A stretch of 64,000 bases of DNA from Planctomycetota bacterium (GTDB lineage Bacteria > Planctomycetota > JAJSAM01 > JAJVHW01): NCBI GenBank assembly GCA_021414065.1, contig JAIOPE010000146.1, positions 7,807 to 71,806 on the forward strand, given 5' to 3'. Numbering within the stretch: position 1 is the stretch's first letter; every line of letters begins with the position of its first letter. Position numbers and translations under genes: made by a program. The notes beneath the pieces are model-generated. The model did not search any database. It had not been told where the DNA came from and was given only the letters and a program-made list of their open reading frames with translations. Positions 58,182 through 64,000 of this stretch are shown here, in pieces.

Positions 58182-58766
58182 TCAGACGGGCGGCACCGAC
58201 GCGTCCCGCCGGAGCAGCGTGAACGCCGTCCGGCCCCAGCGACGCTGGCTCTCGACGGCAAGTCCCGGGAACCCCGTCCCTGCGAAGTCGCCGTCGTTCG
58301 ACTGAACGATGGCGATGCCGTCCGCGGCGAGGAGCGGCTTGCCGGGCCCGGCGAGGGACTGGACCAAGCGGTCCAGGTTGGCCCGCTGCTCGGCGAAGTG
58401 CGGGTAGGGCGGCGCGATGAACACGATGTCGAACGGCGCGCGGAGCCCGGGCAGTGCGTAGCAGTCGGCCGCGACCAGTTCCACCGTGCCGGGCTTCGGC
58501 GCGATCGCTGCCAGGTTCTTGCGGATGGCCGTGAGCGCGGGCTTCGCGAGTTCGACGAGCGTCGCCGACGCCGCACCGCGGGAGAGGCACTCGAACGCGA
58601 ACGCTCCGGAGCCGGCGAACAGGTCCAGCACCCGGTCGCCGGTGAGGTCCTGGCCGATCACGTTCATCAGGTTCAGACGGTGGGCGTCCATCGACGGCCG
58701 GGTGGCCTCGCCCTCGGGCGTCAGCACGTTGCGCCCCCGCCAGGAGCCGCCGGTGATTCGTAGCAT
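58182..58766 (-). CDS. rsmD: RsmD family 16S rRNA m2G966 methyltransferase
   Basis: MLRITGGSWRGR, TRPS, VLDLFAGSGA, LSRGA, FIAPPY. Confidence 0.88.
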   Translation of the reverse strand: MLRITGGSWRGRNVLTPEGEATRPSMDAHRLNLMNVIGQDLTGDRVLDLFAGSGAFAFECLSRGAASATLVELAKPALTAIRKNLAAIAPKPGTVELVAADCYALPGLRAPFDIVFIAPPYPHFAEQRANLDRLVQSLAGPGKPLLAADGIAIVQSNDGDFAGTGFPGLAVESQRRWGRTAFTLLRRDASVPPV

Positions 58767-58851
58767 GCGGCCATCGTCACCCAAGTGAGCCTGCGCAGGC
58801 TCGCCATTTCGACTCCGGTCGGAAGCGGAGACTGCCGATACGGGAAGTGTC

Positions 58852-59082
58852 ATGGAACGCCCACCCCCGGAGGACTCGGAATTGTCCGACTCGCAGGACC
58901 ACCCCATCGCGCCGACGAACACGCCGGCGCTCGAGGCGATCTTCCGCGCCCTCAGCCGCGCCCGCGGCGAGCGCACGGAACTCGTCGATGACGTTCGAGC
59001 TCGTATGGACGGAGGCGAGTACATGAGCGCAGAGAAGCTCAACCTTGCGATCCACCGCATGCTCAAGGACTCGCTCGCATGA
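58852..59082 (+). CDS. FlgM-like anti-sigma factor (C-terminal domain)
   Basis: RTELVDDVRARMDGGEY..EKLNLAIHRML. Confidence 0.55.
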   Translation: MERPPPEDSELSDSQDHPIAPTNTPALEAIFRALSRARGERTELVDDVRARMDGGEYMSAEKLNLAIHRMLKDSLA

Positions 59083-60155
59083 ACGGATCGCGCTTCGGCC
59101 GGCTGCGCCCGAGCGCACTCGCGTTGGCCGTCGGATTCGCTGCGGCCTCGGTCGTGTCGCTCGCGCGGCCGGCCGTCGCGGGATGGTGGGACGAAGCGGG
59201 GAAGACACGCGAGGCGACGCTGGACGAAGTCGCGTCGTCCCCGGAACTGTGGCGTGATGTTCCGGTCTCGATCGTCGTCCGTTTCGGTCGCACGCTCGAC
59301 GCGCCGCCCGCGCTCGGCGCCGCCGAGTGGACGGCGTTCTCTGCGAGTTCGAGGGCGGGCAACCCGTTCACCGGCCTCGTCGTCCGCCGCGGTTCCGCGG
59401 AGGCCGCGCGCCTCGGCACGCTGCGCGACGGCGACGAACTGCGGCTGCGCGCAGTCGTGCGGGGCGGCGGGACCACGCCCGGCTCACGCACGATCGTCGA
59501 AGTCGTCGCCATCTCCGGCGCGGCCGACGCGCTTTCGACCGATGAACTCGCCCTGCTCCGCCGCGCCGACGACATGATGACGAAGGACAACGGGGGCGCC
59601 GCCGAACGGCTCGTGCGAACCGTGCTCGACGCACGCGAGTTCGCGCCGCCGATCCGCGCGGAACTCTGGCGCCGCGTCGCCCGTGCCGAACGAGCGCAGA
59701 AGAAGCTCGACGCCGCGGCGGCCTCCTTCCGCAACGCGCTCGCCGCCGCGCCCGACGACACGACGTCTGCCCGGGAACTGGCGGACCTGCGCGACGTCCT
59801 CGCATCCGCGGCGGCTCGCGCCGCGAAGTCGGCCGACACCACGGCGTCGGCCACCGGCGGCGGGTCGTCTCCGTCGCAGTCTTCATCGAAGTCTCCGCTG
59901 CAATCGCCCCCCCCAGCCGACGCATCGGCCCGGACATCCCGTCCGTTCCCGGTGGCCCCCGTCGCCACCGCCCCCGCCCCGGCCGCGATCCCCGTTCCGA
60001 TCGCAGGCGCACGCCTGGCGCCGCCCCGCGACCGTGACGGAACGCCCGCCGTGCCGCCGCAGCCGAAGTCCCCCGTCGTCGTGCTCCCCACGCCGGCGCC
60101 CCAGGTTGACGAGCTCCTGCCTCCGCCTGCGCCGAAGCTGGCCGCGCCGAAGTAG
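59079..60155 (+). CDS. Secreted hypothetical protein (OB-like, TPR and Pro-rich tail)
   Basis: Signal peptide; AAASFRNALAAAPDD TPR-like helix. Confidence 0.65.
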   Translation: MNGSRFGRLRPSALALAVGFAAASVVSLARPAVAGWWDEAGKTREATLDEVASSPELWRDVPVSIVVRFGRTLDAPPALGAAEWTAFSASSRAGNPFTGLVVRRGSAEAARLGTLRDGDELRLRAVVRGGGTTPGSRTIVEVVAISGAADALSTDELALLRRADDMMTKDNGGAAERLVRTVLDAREFAPPIRAELWRRVARAERAQKKLDAAAASFRNALAAAPDDTTSARELADLRDVLASAAARAAKSADTTASATGGGSSPSQSSSKSPLQSPPPADASARTSRPFPVAPVATAPAPAAIPVPIAGARLAPPRDRDGTPAVPPQPKSPVVVLPTPAPQVDELLPPPAPKLAAPK

Positions 60156-60163
60156 TCGCGCTG

Positions 60164-60212
60164 CGACGTCACCTCCCGACGTCACCTCCCGACGTTGCCT
60201 CCCGACGTTGCC
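60164..60212. repeat. 13-bp tandem repeat (about 3.8 copies)
   Basis: CGACGTCACCTCC x2, CGACGTTGCCTCC, CGACGTTGCC. Confidence 0.75.
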
Positions 60213-60260
60213 GCGCGTGCCTACTGTGAACTTCGCCCGGCCCCCAGTAACCTCCGCGCC

Positions 60261-60581
60261 ATGATCACGATCGACGACTTCAAGAAGGTCGAGCTGCGCA
60301 CGGCGAAGGTCCTGCAGGTGGACCCCCATCCGAACGCCGACCGCCTCTGGGTGCTGCAGCTCGAAGTCGGCGCCGAGCGCCGCCAGATCGTCGCTGGCAT
60401 CCGTGCGCACTACACGGCGGAACAGCTCCTCGGGAAGACGATCGTGATGGTCGCGAACCTCGAACCCGCGATGCTCCGAGGCGTCGAGAGCCAGGGCATG
60501 CTGCTCGCCGTGCGCGACGGCGAGAAGGTCGTCACGCTGACGACCGACCAGCCCACGAACACCGGACTCCAGGTCTCCTAG
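60261..60581 (+). CDS. Stand-alone tRNA-binding protein (Trbp111/CsaA/MetRS C-terminal-like)
   Basis: MITIDDFKKVELR, HPNADRL, RQIVAGI, NLEPA..RGVESQGMLLA. Confidence 0.9.
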   Translation: MITIDDFKKVELRTAKVLQVDPHPNADRLWVLQLEVGAERRQIVAGIRAHYTAEQLLGKTIVMVANLEPAMLRGVESQGMLLAVRDGEKVVTLTTDQPTNTGLQVS

Positions 60582-60592
60582 CCCCGCCGACC

Positions 60593-62275
60593 ATGCTCCG
60601 CGAACTGCGCGTCCGGAACCTCGCGCTACTCGACGACGTTCGCGTCGCCTACGGTGAGGGCTTCCACGTCGTGACGGGCGCGACGGGCTCCGGCAAGAGC
60701 CTGCTTCTCGCGGCGCTCGACCTCCTGCTCGGAGGGCGCTTCTCGAAGGAACTCCTGCGCACCGGCGCAGACGACGTGCGCGTCGAGGGGCTCTTCGAGA
60801 TCGCCGACGCGGCCACGCGGAGAGTGGTCTCCGAGTTGCTCGGCGCCAGCAGCGACGACGACGTGGACGACCCCACCTACGAGATCGTCCTGCGCCGCCG
60901 CGTGGACGCGAACGGCCGCAACCGCTGCGAGGTGAACGGAAGCCTGGTGCCCGTCTCGACGCTCCGCGCGCTCGGCCGGTTGCTCGTCGAGATCCACGGC
61001 CAGAGCGAGCACCAGGCGCTCCTCGAGTCGTCGGTGCAGACGCACCTGCTGGACCGCGCCGCGGGCCTGGTCGAGCGTCGCGACGCGTTCGCCGCGAAAC
61101 TCGCCGAGTGGCACGCCGCCGCCGCGCGCCTCGCCGACCTGACCGGCAACGCGGCTGCGCGCCGCGCCCGCCTGGAATCCATCGAACAGGTCATCCACGA
61201 GATCCGCGAGGCGAAGCTGCACTCGGGCGAACAGGACGAACTGCGTCGCGAGCGCACGCTCCTCGGCGACGCCACCCGCCACGCAGAGGCGCTCGCCGCC
61301 GCCATCGCGCTGATCGACGGCGAGCGTGATTCGGCCGGTGCGGTGGACCAGCTCGGACGCGCGGCGCGTGCCATCGAAGCCACGTCGAGTCTCGATCCCA
61401 GGGTCAAGGACGCCCTCGAGTCGCTCGAGACCGCGGCATCCGCAGCGTCCGACGCCGTGCGCACGCTCAGCGATGCCGCCGACCGCATCGAGTCGAATCC
61501 GGCGCGCCTCGAAGAGGTGGACGAGCGCATCGCGTCGATCGGCCACGTGCTCCGACGCCACGGCCCCACCGAGGCGGATGCGGTGCGCACGCTCGCGGAG
61601 GCCGAAGCCGAGGCGACGGGCCTTCGTTGCAGCGACGGGGACTCGTCCGCGCTCAGCGCGAAGTGCGCAGCCCTCGAGCAGGAGACGCTCGATTCCGGCC
61701 GCGCGCTCGACGACGCGCGGCGCAAAGCGGGCAAGCGTTTCGCCGAGGCCGTGAAGACGTCGCTCGCAGATCTCGGCATGCCGGGCACGCGCTTCGAGGT
61801 GTCGGTGGGCGCCGAGGCCCACGCGTCGAACGCGACGGCGCTCGGGCTCTCGAAGGTCGAGTTCCTCGTCTCGCCGAACCCAGGCGAGGATCTGAGGCCG
61901 ATGGCGCGCATCGCGTCCGGCGGCGAACTCGCGCGCATCGCGCTGTCGATCCGCGGCGAACTCGCCGGGCGCGATGGCGTCCCACTGCTGGTCTTCGACG
62001 AGATCGACGCCGACGTCGGTCCGCGCCTCGGCGCCGTCATCGGCGAACGACTGCGGCGCCTCGCCCACCCGAAGGACGGCCCGCGACAGGTCCTCGCCGT
62101 GACGCACCTCTCGCAGGTCGCGGAGGCGGCGGACCACCACCTGCGGGTCTCGAAGCGCACCGACGACGGTCGCACCGTGTCGAGCGTGGAAGTTGTCACC
62201 GGACCGGAGCGCGAGCGCGAGCTGACGGAGATGCGCGGCGAGAAGCGAGCACCCGGAAAGCAGCGAGATGCTTGA
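60593..62275 (+). CDS. recN: DNA repair protein RecN
   Basis: TGATGSGKS, IHGQSEHQ, SPNPGE, ASGGELAR, FDEIDA, VTHLSQVA. Confidence 0.92.
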   Translation: MLRELRVRNLALLDDVRVAYGEGFHVVTGATGSGKSLLLAALDLLLGGRFSKELLRTGADDVRVEGLFEIADAATRRVVSELLGASSDDDVDDPTYEIVLRRRVDANGRNRCEVNGSLVPVSTLRALGRLLVEIHGQSEHQALLESSVQTHLLDRAAGLVERRDAFAAKLAEWHAAAARLADLTGNAAARRARLESIEQVIHEIREAKLHSGEQDELRRERTLLGDATRHAEALAAAIALIDGERDSAGAVDQLGRAARAIEATSSLDPRVKDALESLETAASAASDAVRTLSDAADRIESNPARLEEVDERIASIGHVLRRHGPTEADAVRTLAEAEAEATGLRCSDGDSSALSAKCAALEQETLDSGRALDDARRKAGKRFAEAVKTSLADLGMPGTRFEVSVGAEAHASNATALGLSKVEFLVSPNPGEDLRPMARIASGGELARIALSIRGELAGRDGVPLLVFDEIDADVGPRLGAVIGERLRRLAHPKDGPRQVLAVTHLSQVAEAADHHLRVSKRTDDGRTVSSVEVVTGPERERELTEMRGEKRAPGKQRDA

Positions 62276-63215
62276 CTTCGTGCCGTACCCGCTCGTCCTC
62301 GGGCCCCGCCTCCTCGAGAAGCCATGGGGTGGCCGCCGCATCGAGACGGTGCTCGGCCGCGCGCTCCCCGCCGGTCAGAGGATCGGCGAGTCGTGGGAAG
62401 TCTACGACCGCGACGGCGGGTCGAGCGTGGTCCTGAACGGACCGCTCGCCGGCCGCACGCTCGCGTCACTCCGCGGCGACACGCCGTTCCCGTTCATCGT
62501 GAAGATCCTCGACGCGGCGGAGAACCTCTCGGTCCAGGTCCACCCTGACGCCGCAGCAGCCGCGCGTCTCGGCGGAGAGGCGAAGACCGAGTGCTGGTTC
62601 GTCCTGCACGCCGAGCCCGGCGCGAAGGTGTTCCGCGGACTCCGCTCGGGCGTGACGAAAGAAGAGCTCGCCGCCGCCCTGGCGAACGGCTCCGTCGAAA
62701 CGTGTCTCCACTCCTTCGAAGTCACCATGGGAGACACGGTGTTCGTCCCCGCCGGCACGGTCCACACGATCGGCCGGGGCGTGCTCCTTGCCGAGGTCCA
62801 GCAGAACAGCGACACGACGTACCGCATGTTCGACTGGGGGCGTCCGCGGGAGATCCACGTCCGCGAGGCGCTCGACTCGATCCACTTCGGCCCACGCAGT
62901 CCGGACAAGATCCCTGCCCAGCTCCTGTCGGACGACGGCCAACTCGCGCGCCTGCTGATGATCCAGTGCCCCTACTTCACCGTGGATTCCATTGAAGCGA
63001 CGGGCACATTCACGCTCGATGTCGAGCCGTCGCCGACCGGCGTCCCGGCCGTGCTGCACGTCTTCGCGGGCGAGGGCGAACTCCGCCCGTTCCGCCGTGG
63101 CGTGTCCCCCGTCGGTTTCACGCGCGGCACCACGATCCTGCTCCCGACGCGCGACCTCGACTTCGAGCTCGCGTCAGGGGCGACCGTGGTCCGGGCAATG
63201 CTGTTCCGCGGCTGA
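62268..63215 (+). CDS. manA: Type I phosphomannose isomerase
   Basis: KPWGGR, IGESWE, LSVQVHP, KTECW, PAGTVH, EVQQNSDTTYR. Confidence 0.9.
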   Translation: MLDFVPYPLVLGPRLLEKPWGGRRIETVLGRALPAGQRIGESWEVYDRDGGSSVVLNGPLAGRTLASLRGDTPFPFIVKILDAAENLSVQVHPDAAAAARLGGEAKTECWFVLHAEPGAKVFRGLRSGVTKEELAAALANGSVETCLHSFEVTMGDTVFVPAGTVHTIGRGVLLAEVQQNSDTTYRMFDWGRPREIHVREALDSIHFGPRSPDKIPAQLLSDDGQLARLLMIQCPYFTVDSIEATGTFTLDVEPSPTGVPAVLHVFAGEGELRPFRRGVSPVGFTRGTTILLPTRDLDFELASGATVVRAMLFRG

Positions 63216-63216
63216 C

Positions 63217-63274
63217 GTTCACCGTCGGTTCACCGTCGGTTCGCCGTCCGTTCGCCGTCCGTTCACTGTCCGTT
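63217..63274. repeat. 11-bp tandem repeat (5 copies) between convergent genes
   Basis: GTTCACCGTCG x2, GTTCGCCGTCC x2, GTTCACTGTCC. Confidence 0.75.
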
Positions 63275-63304
63275 GGCCCAGCCCGGACGCCGTAGGCAGC
63301 GCTG

Positions 63305-63730
63305 CTACTGGAACGACGCCTTCACCTCGGCGCGGTTCATGACGACGAGCCCCCAGATCGCGAAGGGCGCCGCGAGAATGCAGCAGCAACTGTTGCAGTC
63401 GAGGATCGCCAGGATGCACGCGGTCATCGCGAGCCCGTACGACGACAGCTTCATCATCTTCAGGCTGCCGAAGATGATGAACACGTTCAAGAGGAAGAAC
63501 CCGATGGCCATCACCTTCTGCAGCGGACCGACCATCGACATCATCTGGTCCACCTGCTCCTTCGGCAGTTTCATCATCTCGTAGACGGCGCGGGCGTCGT
63601 CGGGCTTCTGCATCAATCCGAAAAGCGAGACGACCGCCCCGATCGAAGCGGCGACGATCATGCCGATGGCGGGGCCCTTCAGCGCAGAGGCAGCGGCAGC
63701 CCGGTTCGGGGCGTCAGGTTCGAGGCTCAT
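63305..63730 (-). CDS. Hypothetical membrane protein
   Basis: LKGPAIG...M..L.SYGLA...PFAIWGLVVM...VKASF; several TM helices. Confidence 0.75.
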   Translation of the reverse strand: MSLEPDAPNRAAAASALKGPAIGMIVAASIGAVVSLFGLMQKPDDARAVYEMMKLPKEQVDQMMSMVGPLQKVMAIGFFLLNVFIIFGSLKMMKLSSYGLAMTACILAILDCNSCCCILAAPFAIWGLVVMNRAEVKASFQ

Positions 63731-63782
63731 GGCGTGTTCCTCCCGTGGCGTGAGAGCGTCACGATAGCGACGCGTAGGGAGC

Positions 63783-63834
63783 CGGGGACAGGGTTAAGTT
63801 AAGCCTGTCCCCGCACGGGACCTTGTCCCCGTGC
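63783..63834. repeat. GGGGACAG-type REP-like palindrome
   Basis: CGGGGACAGG...CCTGTCCCCG followed by GCACGGG...CCCGTGC. Confidence 0.5.
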
Positions 63835-64000
63835 TCAGAAGCCGCAGCCGTCCTTCACCAGCGAGCGGCCGATGACCATGCGCTGGATCTCGCTCGTGCC
63901 CTCGCCGATCTCGCAGAGCTTGGCGTCGCGGTACAAGCGCTCGACGTCGTACTCGCGGACGAAGCCGTAGCCGCCCATGACCTGGATGGCCATGTCGGAG
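63835..64000 (-). CDS. Acyl-CoA dehydrogenase, C-terminal part (5' end outside the window)
   Basis: [40 protein letters not shown]. Confidence 0.92.
   Translation of the reverse strand, partial: SDMAIQVMGGYGFVREYDVERLYRDAKLCEIGEGTSEIQRMVIGRSLVKDGCGF

Overview
GC-rich (roughly 70% by eye) bacterial genomic window; gene style suggests a Planctomycetota-like organism (inference only). (1) 1-11432, minus strand: a six-gene multiheme cytochrome cluster with two paralogous CbcL-like proteins (multiheme c fused to a diheme cytochrome b), an outer-membrane beta-barrel, a 19-heme repeat-built lipoprotein, a tetraheme c554-like protein and a secreted cytochrome with at least 8 hemes that runs off the left edge. 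Together they carry at least 60 CxxCH motifs and look like a complete quinol-pool-to-cell-surface electron conduit. (2) 12.8-36.8 kb: accessory secreted and membrane proteins, including two ~1300-aa secreted proteins that share a DxD...PEAY nucleotidyltransferase-like signature and sit with membrane-anchored zinc-ribbon proteins, plus a diheme peroxidase, an alpha/beta hydrolase, a duplicated beta-helix protein and a thioredoxin-like protein. (3) 37-50 kb: AAA_14/DUF4143 ATPase, SRPBCC, LarA family, an AbiE-like type IV TA pair and a gene remnant beside tRNA-Asp/tRNA-Val, sugar-modification genes and a Fic protein. (4) 51-64 kb: GNAT-GNAT-deacetylase fusion, cold-shock protein, ECF sigma, dapA, pdxJ, rsmD, FlgM-like, tRNA-binding protein, recN, manA and an acyl-CoA dehydrogenase end. 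Non-coding signals include a ~140-bp dispersed intergenic repeat (3, possibly 4 copies), GGGGAC-type palindromic elements, operator-like repeats and an RBS-sequestering 17-bp hairpin. No CRISPR array, rRNA or integrase was seen. All calls come from reading motifs by eye, without database searches.
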